From Vulcanimicrobiaceae bacterium (GTDB lineage Bacteria; Verrucomicrobiota; Verrucomicrobiia; Limisphaerales; Palsa-1400), in assembly GCA_035511075.1 (NCBI GenBank), contig DATKFW010000032.1, positions 82,950 to 146,949 on the forward strand: 64,000 nt of DNA. Reading direction: 5' to 3'. Shown piece after piece: positions 21,255-31,043 of the stretch (its first letter is position 1; every line of letters starts with the position of its first letter). The translations under genes and the position numbers were made by a program. The notes below the pieces were generated by a model that was given only the letters and a program-made list of their open reading frames with translations, was not told the origin of the DNA and made no database searches.

Positions 21255-21692
21255 TCAGTGAACCGAATTGAAGAAATCCTTGACGATTTTTGCCGGGGAA
21301 AAGATGATCAATTTCCCGAGATCACAGTGTTCCAAAAGTTCGCCCAATGCCGATTGATTTATATCCTTCATGTGGCCGTCGCTGCTCAGAAGCAAAGTGA
21401 CGTTTGCCAGGGCGGATTCGGCAATAATGAAAGAATCATGGACCTCCTCGTCTGGAATAAGGCCGGTTGCGCGAATTTTTCGCAACGCATTCAAGGCCGA
21501 TTGCTTTTCTGATTCAGAATCCCCGTCAGTTGCAATATCCGTAAGTTCCACCAGAACTGTAGGAGTGACGATGATGGGCGCCTTTGGAAACTTACGGCGG
21601 ATCGTGGAAAGACAGTCAACAGCGGTTTCGTTCTCGTCGGCCAGATCAATTAGAACATTTGTGTCAACTGCGATTAACGGAGGATTTGGCAT
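21255..21692 (-). CDS. PIN-domain protein (VapC-like toxin candidate)
   Basis: ATG at 21692 gives MPNPPLIAVDTNVLIDLADE.. (first acidic PIN residue), then ..TPTVLVELTD.. and ..LLLSSDGH... Lower G+C than flanks. The upstream part of the listed ORF is probably not translated. Confidence 0.65.
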   Translation of the reverse strand: MPNPPLIAVDTNVLIDLADENETAVDCLSTIRRKFPKAPIIVTPTVLVELTDIATDGDSESEKQSALNALRKIRATGLIPDEEVHDSFIIAESALANVTLLLSSDGHMKDINQSALGELLEHCDLGKLIIFSPAKIVKDFFNSVH

Positions 21693-21834
21693 GGTCAAGC
21701 CCGCCATAAATAATCGCCATTCCCTTTTCCAAGAGAGCGCTCCGCTTCTGATCGGTATATTTGTTGGCCTTTGCCCTCGCCTTTTCGGCAATGACGGTTC
21801 CGCGTGTCTTAACAACTCGGCTGGACGTTTTCAT
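21664..21834 (-). CDS. small ORF upstream of and overlapping the PIN gene (antitoxin candidate)
   Basis: 56 aa from the ATG at 21834 (MKTSSRVVKTRGTVIAEKARAKANKYTDQKRSALLEKG..). Its 3' end overlaps the PIN start by 29 nt. Called on position and size only. Confidence 0.35.
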   Translation of the reverse strand: MKTSSRVVKTRGTVIAEKARAKANKYTDQKRSALLEKGMAIIYGGLDHAKSSVNRS

Positions 21835-22120
21835 TCCTGGAGAAACAATCCCATGCGAGAGATCAAAAATCAATCGTCAAATTAGCCCCCACCGACGATC
21901 GCGATGAACTCTTCGGCGAGGGCAGAATCGAATGTCCGTGTGTGATTCCGATTCAAGGATCCACACGACCCTGAAAAAGGCTCGCGGTGACGACGGCGCG
22001 GGTGTGTTTTGACCGGAGCGGGCCGCGTCGGCTGTCCAGATGGCGCGAATGGCTTCTTCGTCGCCAAGCCCGGCGCCGAATCACTCGCGTTCCGGAGGGG
22101 GACATGTTAATTTTAACGCG

Positions 22121-23017
22121 ATGTCGCAAGCTCGCATAAGCAGTGCCGGGCAACGTTTTCGGCAGGCGCTTGAGCAGGAGAGGCCGTTGCAAATCGCCGG
22201 GGTCATCAACGCGTACACGGCGATTCTGGCCGGGAAAAGCGGCTTCCGCGCGCTTTACCTTTCCGGCGCGGGAGTGGCCAATGCCTCGTACGGGTTGCCC
22301 GATTTGGGCATGACTTCCCTGAGCGATGTCCTCCAGGACGTTTGCCGGATCACCGCGGCAACCAATCTCCCGTTGCTGGTCGATGCGGACACGGGGTGGG
22401 GCGAAGCGTTGGGCATTCAACGAACGACGCGGGAAATGATTCGGGCGGGCGCGGCGGCGATTCATCTGGAAGACCAGGTGGCTGCCAAACGTTGCGGGCA
22501 CCGCCCCGGCAAGGAGCTGGTTGCCACAACGGAAATGTGCGACCGGATTGCGGCGGCGGTCGATGCACGAACTGACCCGGCATTCGTCGTGATGGCGCGC
22601 ACGGACGCGGCATCGGTGGAAGGCATTGCGATGGCTGTTGAGCGGGCGCGGGCGTATTGCGAGGCAGGTGCGGACATGATTTTTGCCGAGGCGCTGACGA
22701 GCCTGAAGGAATACAAGGCGTTCTGCCAGGCGGTGGAAGCCCCGGTGCTGGCCAATATGACGGAGTTCGGCATGACGCCGTTGTTCACGGTGTCGGAACT
22801 GGCGTCCTGCGGTGTGGCGCTGGCGCTCTACCCGCTTTCGGCGTTTCGGGCGATGAGCGCGGCGGCGTTGGAGGTGTTTGGCGCGATTCGCAAGGAAGGA
22901 ACACAGAAAGGCGTCCTCGGCAAAATGCAAACGCGGGCCGAGCTGTACGAATTTCTGGATTATCACGCTTACGAAGCAAAATTGGACAATCTGTTTGCGG
23001 CGAAGAGGAAAATATGA
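22121..23017 (+). CDS. prpB: 2-methylisocitrate lyase
   Basis: ATG at 22121. PEP-mutase/ICL superfamily motifs [10 protein letters not shown] and [14 protein letters not shown]. About 298 aa, as expected for PrpB. Confidence 0.9.
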   Translation: MSQARISSAGQRFRQALEQERPLQIAGVINAYTAILAGKSGFRALYLSGAGVANASYGLPDLGMTSLSDVLQDVCRITAATNLPLLVDADTGWGEALGIQRTTREMIRAGAAAIHLEDQVAAKRCGHRPGKELVATTEMCDRIAAAVDARTDPAFVVMARTDAASVEGIAMAVERARAYCEAGADMIFAEALTSLKEYKAFCQAVEAPVLANMTEFGMTPLFTVSELASCGVALALYPLSAFRAMSAAALEVFGAIRKEGTQKGVLGKMQTRAELYEFLDYHAYEAKLDNLFAAKRKI

Positions 23018-24135
23018 GCGACCCGCGCAAAACGGACGGCCTGGCCGGAGTCGTCGCCGGCCAAACCGCAATTTCCACCGTGGGCAAGGACGGCGTGGGA
23101 CTCACTTACCGGGGTTACAGCATCGAGGACCTCGCGGCGGGCGCAACTTTCGAGGAAGTCGCCTATCTGTTGATTTATGGCGTGTTGCCGACGAAAGAGG
23201 AACTCTCCGGCTACCGGCAAAAATTGATTTCGCAGCGCGGATTGCCCGCGGCATTGAGAAAGTTGCTGGAGGAATTGCCGGGAAACGCAAACCCCATGGA
23301 TGTCCTGCGCACCGGTTGCTCGGCGCTGGGCGTTTTTGAGCCGGAAACTGCCGCGCATGGACAGTATGAAGTCGCCGACCGCCTTCTGGCGTTGTTTCCG
23401 TCGATGCTCCTGTACTGGCGTCACTTTCACACGAGCGGCAAGGGGATTGAAACGGCATCGAGCGCGCCGGGCACGGCGTCGCATTTCCTGGGAATGCTGC
23501 GCGGCGAGGCGCCGGGGGAATTGGAGGAGCGCGCGCTGGATGTGTCGCTGATCCTCTATGCCGAGCATGAGTTCAATGCGTCAACATTTGCCTGCCGGAC
23601 CGTGGCCTCGACCCTGCCGGATTTTTATTCGGCGGTGACGGCGGGAATCGGCGCATTGCGCGGGCCATTGCATGGGGGCGCAAACGAATCGGCGATGAAA
23701 CTCATGGAAAAGTTCCGGGACCCGGAGGAGGCGGAGAAAACGTTGTTGGAGATGCTTGGGCGCAAGGAATTAATCATGGGCTTTGGGCATCGGGTCTATA
23801 AATCAGCCGATCCGCGTTCGGACATCATCAAGGTCTGGTGCGGAAGGCTCGCCGAAGCCCGGGGCGATCAGTCGTTGTTCGCCGTGGCCGAACGCGTGGA
23901 AGCGGTGATGCGTCGGGAAAGGAAGATGTTTCCGAATCTGGATTTTTACAGTGCGCCCGTTTATCGTTTTTTGGGTATTCCGACCGAAATGTTCACGCCG
24001 CTTTTTGTGATCGCGCGCATTTCCGGGTGGTCGGCGCATATTTTTGAGCAGCGCGCCCACAACCGTTTGATCCGGCCCACCGCCGAATACATTGGTCCGG
24101 CGCCGCGCGCCTTTGTGCCGCTGGAGAAGAGGTGA
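23014..24135 (+). CDS. prpC: 2-methylcitrate synthase
   Basis: ATG at 23014 overlaps the prpB stop (ATGA). Citrate-synthase motifs GPLHGGANE and [13 protein letters not shown]. Confidence 0.9.
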   Translation: MSDPRKTDGLAGVVAGQTAISTVGKDGVGLTYRGYSIEDLAAGATFEEVAYLLIYGVLPTKEELSGYRQKLISQRGLPAALRKLLEELPGNANPMDVLRTGCSALGVFEPETAAHGQYEVADRLLALFPSMLLYWRHFHTSGKGIETASSAPGTASHFLGMLRGEAPGELEERALDVSLILYAEHEFNASTFACRTVASTLPDFYSAVTAGIGALRGPLHGGANESAMKLMEKFRDPEEAEKTLLEMLGRKELIMGFGHRVYKSADPRSDIIKVWCGRLAEARGDQSLFAVAERVEAVMRRERKMFPNLDFYSAPVYRFLGIPTEMFTPLFVIARISGWSAHIFEQRAHNRLIRPTAEYIGPAPRAFVPLEKR

Positions 24136-24141
24136 TCGCGC

Positions 24142-25587
24142 ATGAGCCACGAAATTGAGAATGTCCGACCGACCCCGGACCGGCTGCTCTCGGAGATTGC
24201 CGATTACGTTTGCGCGGGGCCGGAATTGAGCGCGCTGGCGTTCGAGACGGCGCGCTATTGTTTGCTGGACACGCTGGGGTGCGGGATTCTCGCGTTGAAT
24301 TTTCCCGCCTGCGCAAGGCTTCTCGGTCCGATTGCGCCGGGGACGGTCGTGCCCCATGGCGCGCGGGTGCCTGGGACGAATTACGAATTGGACCCGGTGA
24401 CGGCGGCATTCAACATCGGATGCGCCATTCGCTGGCTGGATTTCAACGACGCGTGGCTCGCCGCGGAGTGGGGGCATCCGTCGGACAATCTGGGGGCAAT
24501 CCTGGCCGTGGGAGATTACCTTGGCCGCACGCGTCCTGAAATGGGACTGACGATGCGCGATCTCCTCACGGCGATGATTCAGGCGCACGAGATTCAAGGG
24601 GTGCTGGCGCTGGGCAACAGCTTCAACCGCGCCGGACTCGATCACGTGTTGCTGGTGCGGGTGGCATCGACAGCGGTGGCGACGCAACTGATGGGGGGGA
24701 CGCGCGCAGAGGTCATCAACGCTGTCTCCAACGCGTGGGTGGATGGCGGCGCGCTGCGGGTCTATCGTCACGCGCCCAATACGGGACCGAGGAAATCGTG
24801 GGCGGCCGGGGATGCGACGGCCCGCGCGGTGTGGCACGCGTTGCTGGCGTTAAAGGGTGAAATGGGCTATCTCTCGGCGCTCTCGGTCGAAGGCTGGGGA
24901 TTCTGCGACGCGCTGTTTCGGTCCAGGCCGATTGAATTGGCGCGGCCATTTGGTTGTTACGTGATGGAGAACATTTTGTTCAAGATTCGCTTTCCCGCGG
25001 AATTTCACGCGCAGACGGCGGTCGAGGCGGCAATCCAGCTTCATCCTCACGTCGCGGACCGGCTTGCGGAAATTGAACGGGTTGAGTTGAAAACGCACGA
25101 GTCGGCCATTCGCATCATAGACAAGAGAGGCCCGCTGCACAATCCGGCCGACCGCGATCATTGCCTGCAATACATGACGGCCGTCGGGCTGATATTTGGC
25201 GCGCTGAAAGCGGAGGATTACGAGGACAAGACGGCGGCGGACCCGCGCATCGACGCGTTGCGCGAAAAAATGAGGGTGACGGAGGAGCCGCGGTACAGCT
25301 ACGAGTATTTGGAGCCTGACAAGCGCGCCATTGCCAACGCCGTGCAGGTTTTTTTCAAGGACGGATCGAGCACAGCAAAAGTGGAAGTGGAATATCCGAT
25401 AGGTCATCGGCGCCGGCGCGCCGAGGGGTTGCCGTTGCTGCTGCGCAAGGCGCGCGAGAACCTGTCGACACGATTTCCCCCCAGCCAGGTGGAGCGCATT
25501 GTCCAATTGTGCCACGATGCCGGACGTTTGGAGGCGATGAGGGTGTGCGAATTCATGGAATGCTTTCTCCCGGCTGGAGCGTTTTAA
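24142..25587 (+). CDS. prpD: 2-methylcitrate dehydratase (MmgE/PrpD family)
   Basis: 481 aa, colinear with PrpD as I recall it (..[12 protein letters not shown].., ..WGHPSDNLG..). Completes a prpBCD operon. Confidence 0.9.
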   Translation: MSHEIENVRPTPDRLLSEIADYVCAGPELSALAFETARYCLLDTLGCGILALNFPACARLLGPIAPGTVVPHGARVPGTNYELDPVTAAFNIGCAIRWLDFNDAWLAAEWGHPSDNLGAILAVGDYLGRTRPEMGLTMRDLLTAMIQAHEIQGVLALGNSFNRAGLDHVLLVRVASTAVATQLMGGTRAEVINAVSNAWVDGGALRVYRHAPNTGPRKSWAAGDATARAVWHALLALKGEMGYLSALSVEGWGFCDALFRSRPIELARPFGCYVMENILFKIRFPAEFHAQTAVEAAIQLHPHVADRLAEIERVELKTHESAIRIIDKRGPLHNPADRDHCLQYMTAVGLIFGALKAEDYEDKTAADPRIDALREKMRVTEEPRYSYEYLEPDKRAIANAVQVFFKDGSSTAKVEVEYPIGHRRRRAEGLPLLLRKARENLSTRFPPSQVERIVQLCHDAGRLEAMRVCEFMECFLPAGAF

Positions 25588-25782
25588 GAAATACTGTAGC
25601 CGTTTGGAGCGAGGATTTTTGGGTTTTGGCGAGGCTTCGGCGAAGGAGCAGAGCATCCGCTTTGCGGTGCATCTTTTGTATTGTGCTGTCTCCTGCGGCA
25701 CGTGACTGAGCCGAAACGAAGCCAAAACCCAAAAAGACCGCTTCTTAATTCCATTCAGCCAAACGGCTACAGTATTTCTTAA
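25584..25782. repeat. ~200-bp nested inverted repeat (MITE-like / large hairpin element) abutting the prpD stop codon
   Basis: Outer arms TTAAGAAATACTGTAGCCGTTTGG (25584-25607) and CCAAACGGCTACAGTATTTCTTAA (25759-25782) are perfect complements. Inner arms TTTTTGGGTTTTGGC (25616-25630) and GCCAAAACCCAAAAA (25721-25735) are also perfect complements. Confidence 0.85.
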
Positions 25783-26329
25783 ACCGCTCTCCCAAAGGCG
25801 TGACGCCTCAAACGCAGACAGGGCGCAATTGACTTTTTGGGCGTCAATCAACCGATCGAAAAGGGAAAAGTGTCAGCGGTAGTTTGGATTGTTTTCGGCT
25901 TCGGTTTCCGACAGGTTTCACGCGTCCCGTCCTTCGCCGTGAACGGGGAAGTGCGGTTTCACCGTTCATTTCCGGGGGTTCAATTTTTGTTGATTCGGGT
26001 CCAATGGTCGCGGCGAGCGCCGTGGCGGTGAGAGCTTGTATTGTCGTCATATTGACTTCGTAGTTTGCGACCGTTCCACATCCATAGACACCGAGGGATC
26101 CGTAATTGTTTCCAAAAAATGCAAACGATTGAAAATTCGGTTTCCGGCAAATTGCCAATGCCATCTGGAACACCCCGGCTCGGGCACTGATCGGTTCGCG
26201 GAATACCGGTGGGAACGACACCGGTCCTGGTCGCCCAAAAACACGCCCGGGATTGGGGTTTTTCGCCAGGAACCGCCTATTTCTGTGCTTGCCATTTGGG
26301 ATGGATACGCCTAGCGTCTGATAAAGAGG

Positions 26330-26404
26330 GCGCGGTTAGCTCAGTGGTAGAGCATCACCTTGACACGGTGGGGGTCACAGGTTCAATCCCTGTATCGCGC
26401 ACCA
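26330..26404 (+). tRNA. tRNA-Val (anticodon GAC), CCA encoded
   Basis: Manual cloverleaf. Acceptor GCGCGGT/ATCGCGC (one G-U), D arm GCTC-AGTGGTA-GAGC, anticodon arm TCACC-TTGACAC-GGTGG, T arm ACAGG-TTCAATC-CCTGT, discriminator A plus CCA. Confidence 0.9.
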
Positions 26405-27673
26405 TTTGGACTCTTCTTGACTCTTCGCGACAGAAGCCGACAAACCATGACAATCCCCTTTGTTTTCAAGGCTTTTGGCAATTTGCGTTACCGCAAAATC
26501 CGCGACAGACCGCGACACCGCGGGACTGCTCTGGACTATAGTTTGTGAGTCCAGTTGTGAGTCAGGTTTTGCGGCCTTCTCACCGTCGATAAAAGCCAGC
26601 TTTTGCACCGCTTCAAATGTGCCAAGCTGCTCTTCGTCAGTGTAGTCCATGTCCGTAAGCTTGCGCGTCCCGTGTCGCATCAATTGCATCGCCTGACGCC
26701 CTGACACGTTTGCCCGGTGCAGGTTCGTGCAAAACGTGTGACGCAAGGCGTGAAAATCCGCCCGCAATCCCCGCTCATCAACGAACAGGATTTGCGCTTT
26801 ATCCATGTCCGACTTGAACGTTTCCATTTTCGGTAACAATCCGGCAAACACCCTGTCTGAATCACCCGCCCGCGCAGATCGAAGGGCTTTTAATTCAACG
26901 GCCAGGCTCAAATGCAGCGGAATAAACGCCTGCTTGCCATTCTTCGTTGTACCCGCGCGGAGCACCAATCGCGGTTGCGGACAGTCCAAATGAACGTCTC
27001 CCCATAAAAGTTCCCGCAATTCGCCCCGCCGAACTCCCGTCAGCATCGCCATCAAATAGACTATCCGCCGCCGACCAGCCACCGCCAGCAACCGCGACGC
27101 CTCATTGTCGGTCAGAGCGCGACGTGCATACCGTGGTTTGATCGCCCGCGTGGTACGCCATCCTTCAACAATTTTGAGCGGATTCGCCTGGAGGCGCTCC
27201 CGCCGTTCCATCCAGTTCAGCAATGCCTTGAACGAGATCAAGTATTCATTGAGGGTTTTGTCCGATTGCTTTTGCTCCGCCCGCCATGCGCGGAACGAGT
27301 CCGGCGAAATGTCCCGCGCAAATTCCCAACCACAGTCGCCGGCGACTTTCAATACGCGGTTCTTCAATTCGTAAAGATAACGCTCGTCGCGTCCACCCTC
27401 CCGACGCTCCGCCACAAAATCGGCCAGGTGTTCCGCAATCGTCTTTTGCGCACCCTCACGGATGTTTTTCGGGGTGATCACCCCTTCAGCCTCCTGTTGC
27501 CTCTCACGAGCGATTTTCTTCAACCTCTCAAGCGCCACTTGCTTGTCGAAAGTGTGCAACGGAATGTCGGTTGTCTTTGTGGCCCCATCCAATCGCAAAC
27601 GACCGCGATACATTCGGGCGGTTTTCGACCGACCCTTTTTGCTCCGTTTGGGTTTGAACACATATAAAATCAC
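26375..27673 (-). CDS. int: tyrosine recombinase / phage-type integrase
   Basis: Probable GTG start at 27673 (GTGA overlap with the upstream ORF stop), giving (M)ILYVFKPKRSKKG... Catalytic residues in ..LTGVRRGEL.., ..HALRHTFCTNL.., ..LMRHGTRKLTDMDYTD... The 3' end runs into the tRNA core and stops at a TGA at 26375-26377. Confidence 0.9.
   Translation of the reverse strand: MILYVFKPKRSKKGRSKTARMYRGRLRLDGATKTTDIPLHTFDKQVALERLKKIARERQQEAEGVITPKNIREGAQKTIAEHLADFVAERREGGRDERYLYELKNRVLKVAGDCGWEFARDISPDSFRAWRAEQKQSDKTLNEYLISFKALLNWMERRERLQANPLKIVEGWRTTRAIKPRYARRALTDNEASRLLAVAGRRRIVYLMAMLTGVRRGELRELLWGDVHLDCPQPRLVLRAGTTKNGKQAFIPLHLSLAVELKALRSARAGDSDRVFAGLLPKMETFKSDMDKAQILFVDERGLRADFHALRHTFCTNLHRANVSGRQAMQLMRHGTRKLTDMDYTDEEQLGTFEAVQKLAFIDGEKAAKPDSQLDSQTIVQSSPAVSRSVADFAVTQIAKSLENKGDCHGLSASVAKSQEESKWCAIQGLNL
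26377..26405 (+). repeat. att core copy 1 (within the intact tRNA-Val 3' end)
   Basis: ACAGGTTCAATCCCTGTATCGCGCACCAT. Identical at 34528-34556 and with one mismatch at 35809-35839. Confidence 0.9.
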
Positions 27674-27870
27674 GCTGGCAATCCTCTCTGACGTTGTTTC
27701 AGTTTGCTCAAGTACGCTTGGACATCCGACAGATACAGCATCGGTTTTTTCGTCGGCCTGACGGGCGTCGGAAGCTCGCCTTTCGCGATCAATCTTTCCA
27801 CTGACCGGGCACAAATCCCACCCAGGAACCTGCCAGCCTCTCTCAAATCAATTAAACGTTCCTCGTTCAT
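27670..27870 (-). CDS. excisionase/AlpA-like helix-turn-helix DNA-binding protein
   Basis: 66 aa from the ATG at 27870: MNEERLIDLREAGRFLGGICARSVERLIAKGELPTPVRPTKKPMLYLSDVQAYL.. (MerR/Xis-type HTH_17 pattern). Translationally coupled to int. Confidence 0.65.
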   Translation of the reverse strand: MNEERLIDLREAGRFLGGICARSVERLIAKGELPTPVRPTKKPMLYLSDVQAYLSKLKQRQRGLPA

Positions 27871-27907
27871 GTGTTTTTCTCTACTGAGGGATTCCACCAA
27901 CTGCCAT

Positions 27908-28342
27908 TCACCGTCGCTCCTCCTCGTCCATAGCATCACGATACGCCGCCTCCTGCTCTTCTTGGAAGGACAAGCGCTTGGTGTATTCACGATAAACCGA
28001 ATTATGGTCGCACTCGATGCCCCGTTCTTGCAACCATTCCGCGATTTCGCGAAACGTGAACCGTTTGTCGTCCCGCAGGAGCCTGATTGAATCGCCGTAC
28101 TCTGCCACAAGCGTTCGATCTGGTTCTTCCATTGCCTCTCGCAACACAAATTCCGGCAGAGGATTTCCACGCTCCGTTACAGCCAAAGCAGGCTGTGTTT
28201 CGGTTTTGACCTCCTGAGAGGGAAGCGACAACGGTTCCTTAACCTTGACTTTCTTGACACGCATCTTTGTTTTCACGGGAACAAAGTAAACGAACATCCC
28301 GAACAGCGCAAGGGAAAACAACAAAGTATCTCGCCTATGCAT
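27908..28342 (-). CDS. membrane-anchored protein with C-terminal resolvase-like HTH
   Basis: ATG at 28342 gives MHRRDTLLFSLALFGMFVYFVPV (TM). C-terminus ..IRLLRDDKRFTFREIAEWLQERGIECDHNSVYREY.. resembles HTH_7-type DNA-binding motifs. The start codon is uncertain. Confidence 0.5.
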   Translation of the reverse strand: MHRRDTLLFSLALFGMFVYFVPVKTKMRVKKVKVKEPLSLPSQEVKTETQPALAVTERGNPLPEFVLREAMEEPDRTLVAEYGDSIRLLRDDKRFTFREIAEWLQERGIECDHNSVYREYTKRLSFQEEQEAAYRDAMDEEERR

Positions 28343-28653
28343 CTCATGTATAATCCACACTGATATACTGAAACCTGTCATTCCCTGCTGCGCGTTCCTG
28401 TGTTGGCATCCGGCTTGCGGCAAACAGGAACGCCAAGCCAAATGCCAACACGCGAACGCTCCGCCCCCACAAGTGCCTGGTCGTGAAGTCGCTGGATTCC
28501 AGCTTGCGCCCTGTTTGCCCTTCGCAAGATGGAATCCACCGCCATCACCGCCAGGAAGCTGACGCCACGGGGAAGGCCGCTTTTAGGGTGTCATTTATGG
28601 CTGTCCGCTGTCGCGGGGGGTGGAAAATCAGACCGTGCTTTTACTCGCTCTCC

Positions 28654-28671
28654 GCCGCCGCGAGCGGCGGC
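28654..28671. promoter_or_regulatory. perfect 8+8 palindrome GCCGCCGC-GA-GCGGCGGC in the leader of the cargo operon (possible operator)
   Basis: Read directly in the 527-nt region between the divergent HTH gene and the cargo operon. Function is not established. Confidence 0.25.
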
Positions 28672-28968
28672 AATCCGGTGTAAATGCGACGCACGAGCCG
28701 CGGTGTTCTTTGTTTCACGATTGTTTCAATTTAAAACTTGCTATCAGGATGCCCGTCGCTCAATGCTCCGAGTGGTTCTTTAACAGTTCAGATTTTGCGT
28801 AGCGTTGACCGCTACTCAAAGCCGCAGGAAAGACCCGCCAAGTTTCAAGGGCACGAACAAGAAACTCTCTTGCAGGTGCCGTAGCGTGTCGCCTCCTGAC
28901 CGGAGCGCCGGTGTGCGCCCCTCAGGTTTTCTCTGGAGCGAACGGTCAAATTTAAAGGAGTCCCAAAT

Positions 28969-31038
28969 ATGAATCGTCAATCAGCCCTTTTGCATGGAGT
29001 CTTTATCGCCGCGATTGGTCTTTGGCTTGCAGTCAACGCCTCAGCACAACTGCAATTTACGTCAATCTCAAACACCCCTGAAGGGACCATTCAATTGAAA
29101 TGGGCGAGCATAAGCAAGGAAACCTATGAAATTGACGAAGCCGATACACTGGAAACGAACGCCCAGGGATCCCTCACTTGGAACGAACTTTACAAAGAAT
29201 ATCCATCTCAAGGCTCAAGTACGTTCTGGCTGGACACCGGGAACTATATTTCTGTGCCCCCCATCCTCAATCCTAAGTACACGACTAACCGGTTTTATCG
29301 CGTCGTCGATCTTGGGCCTGACACCACATCCGACGAGCCGACCGTCTCGATCACGTCCCCTGCCAGTGGCTCCACGGTATCTGGGAGTTTGACGATAACG
29401 GTTGCCGCCAGCACCGATCAGACCAGCCTTTCGACGTTGCTTTACGTTGACGGCCAGGAGATGCCGGTTAGCGCTGGTGGCTCCAATTACGTCATCAACA
29501 CCTGCGAATGGCTGAATGGTCAGCATATCCTGTTTGCAACTGCCCGATGCACCTCGGCACCCGAAGGTGGGGACAATAGCCCGGCAGTCCTGGTCGGACA
29601 TGCGGTATCCGCATTCGTGCCTGTAACATTTAACAACCTCGTTACCGGTATTACCTTTTCGCAGCCGTTCTTTGATCCCACACTTGGCCAAACCCAGTTG
29701 GTCACTGCCGTTTTTGCCTCGAATTCAGATTGGACGCTGACAATTATCAACGCAGCGAGCAACACCGTGAGAACGGCAACTGGAAGCGGAACCACGATGG
29801 CTTTTAACTGGGATGGAACAGGAACTGGAGAAATAAGCTTACCGGCAGGCGTCTATAATTACCTGATTTCAGCATACACAAACGGACTGGGTTCAGGGGG
29901 TAGTGGCACCAATGGAGGAGGAAACGGGGAACCGCCGCCGCCTGGTGGCGACGAGGTCTCGCCTGGGTCACCGGCATCGGTCAGTGGGACCGGAATGGAA
30001 ACAGTTCAACTTCCCCCTGCCCCTGTTCCATTCTTTTATGGAAGGAACGCTGACGGAACCGAAATTACGACGATGGAGGTTCCTGTGCCTGACAATACAA
30101 TCGACGAAAGCGCGCTACTTGCAGGCGGGATACATCCTGATGGCGCTCCATCGGCCCCCAGTTCGCAATCGGCTCCTGCTGCTCCGGTGCGCCCGCCGAC
30201 CGCACCGGTCAGAGGCACGGTCGGAACATTTGGGGTGGCATATCAATCCTATATAGAAAACGGCGCGGCGGGCTATACGCTAGGCGACCCTCTGAACTGC
30301 GAGATTGGCGGCGTCATCAAAATAGAGGGTTTCCCGACCGATGAAAACAACAACTTTCCGCCGCTGCCGTCATACGGTCCGCAAGCGAGAAACTTCATCG
30401 CCGCAATGAAACAGGGAGGCTGGAACGCCAGCTTTGTGACTGCTGATAATCAGGTAAGGTCTACTACGATTACAGGCAGCGCAAGCCCTTTCAATCAAGT
30501 CAATTTAGGATTGCTCATGCTTCACGGCGTTTACGGCGCTACAGCCGACTATTGCTACAACGGCTGCAAACAAATGTACTTTCCGCTCGGAAACCTCTAC
30601 GGCAGCGCCAGTTGGATTAATATGGGCGACATGAATTTTGGCGGCACGCCCACAAACGGGCTTGAGTGGATGGCAATCGAAGCCTGCTTTAGCCTTTACC
30701 AGCCCAACTGGACGAGTATGCAAAGCGCAAATATAAAGCCTTATAATAGTAACCTCCATTTGCTTTTGGGGGTAAATACAACCAGCTTCACCGATCGAAA
30801 CCGAGAGGCGCTTTGGGCCCAATACATGCAGTTCGGAAAGACTCCCGGCAGTCCGATGACAATCCAGGCAGCTTGGTATCAGGCTGCCAGAGATGGGTTT
30901 CAATTGAGCAAATTCAGCTACGACGGTACGATAAGCTACGCCGTTGCGGGGGATGCCAACTGCTCAGGTGATTACTTGTTAACTAATTCGCCTCCGACGG
31001 GAACGCAGTTTTATTTCAGCCAGCAAATTTATCCCTAG
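28969..31038 (+). CDS. secreted multidomain protein: FYRV module + Ig-like + FlgD-Ig-like + Gly/Pro linkers + C-terminal clan-CD-like (His-Gly...Ala-Cys) domain
   Basis: AAGGAG 8 nt upstream of the ATG. Signal peptide (..AIGLWLAVNASAQ). PTVSITSPASGSTVSGSLTITVAAS (Ig-like). ..WTLTIINAASNTVRTATGSGTTMAFNWDGTG..LPAGVYNYLI (FlgD-Ig-like). GSGGSGTNGGGNGEPPPPGG linker. LGLLMLHG (His519) and WMAIEAC (Cys573) in the last ~270 aa. Confidence 0.75.
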   Translation: MNRQSALLHGVFIAAIGLWLAVNASAQLQFTSISNTPEGTIQLKWASISKETYEIDEADTLETNAQGSLTWNELYKEYPSQGSSTFWLDTGNYISVPPILNPKYTTNRFYRVVDLGPDTTSDEPTVSITSPASGSTVSGSLTITVAASTDQTSLSTLLYVDGQEMPVSAGGSNYVINTCEWLNGQHILFATARCTSAPEGGDNSPAVLVGHAVSAFVPVTFNNLVTGITFSQPFFDPTLGQTQLVTAVFASNSDWTLTIINAASNTVRTATGSGTTMAFNWDGTGTGEISLPAGVYNYLISAYTNGLGSGGSGTNGGGNGEPPPPGGDEVSPGSPASVSGTGMETVQLPPAPVPFFYGRNADGTEITTMEVPVPDNTIDESALLAGGIHPDGAPSAPSSQSAPAAPVRPPTAPVRGTVGTFGVAYQSYIENGAAGYTLGDPLNCEIGGVIKIEGFPTDENNNFPPLPSYGPQARNFIAAMKQGGWNASFVTADNQVRSTTITGSASPFNQVNLGLLMLHGVYGATADYCYNGCKQMYFPLGNLYGSASWINMGDMNFGGTPTNGLEWMAIEACFSLYQPNWTSMQSANIKPYNSNLHLLLGVNTTSFTDRNREALWAQYMQFGKTPGSPMTIQAAWYQAARDGFQLSKFSYDGTISYAVAGDANCSGDYLLTNSPPTGTQFYFSQQIYP

Positions 31039-31043
31039 GCGGC

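Noticed and set aside
25844-26221. 125-aa minus-strand ORF between the inverted-repeat element and tRNA-Val
   Set aside because: No motifs, mixed composition, and competing overlapping ORFs on both strands (26036-26314 and 26047-26295). This is more likely non-coding tRNA-upstream DNA.
27674-27814. Longer N-terminus of the integrase from the ATG at 27814, and likewise 27871-28170 for the xis-like ORF and 21693-21815 for the PIN ORF
   Set aside because: These extensions overlap the upstream genes and lack domain similarity. Shorter starts give compact, coupled genes and canonical N-termini.
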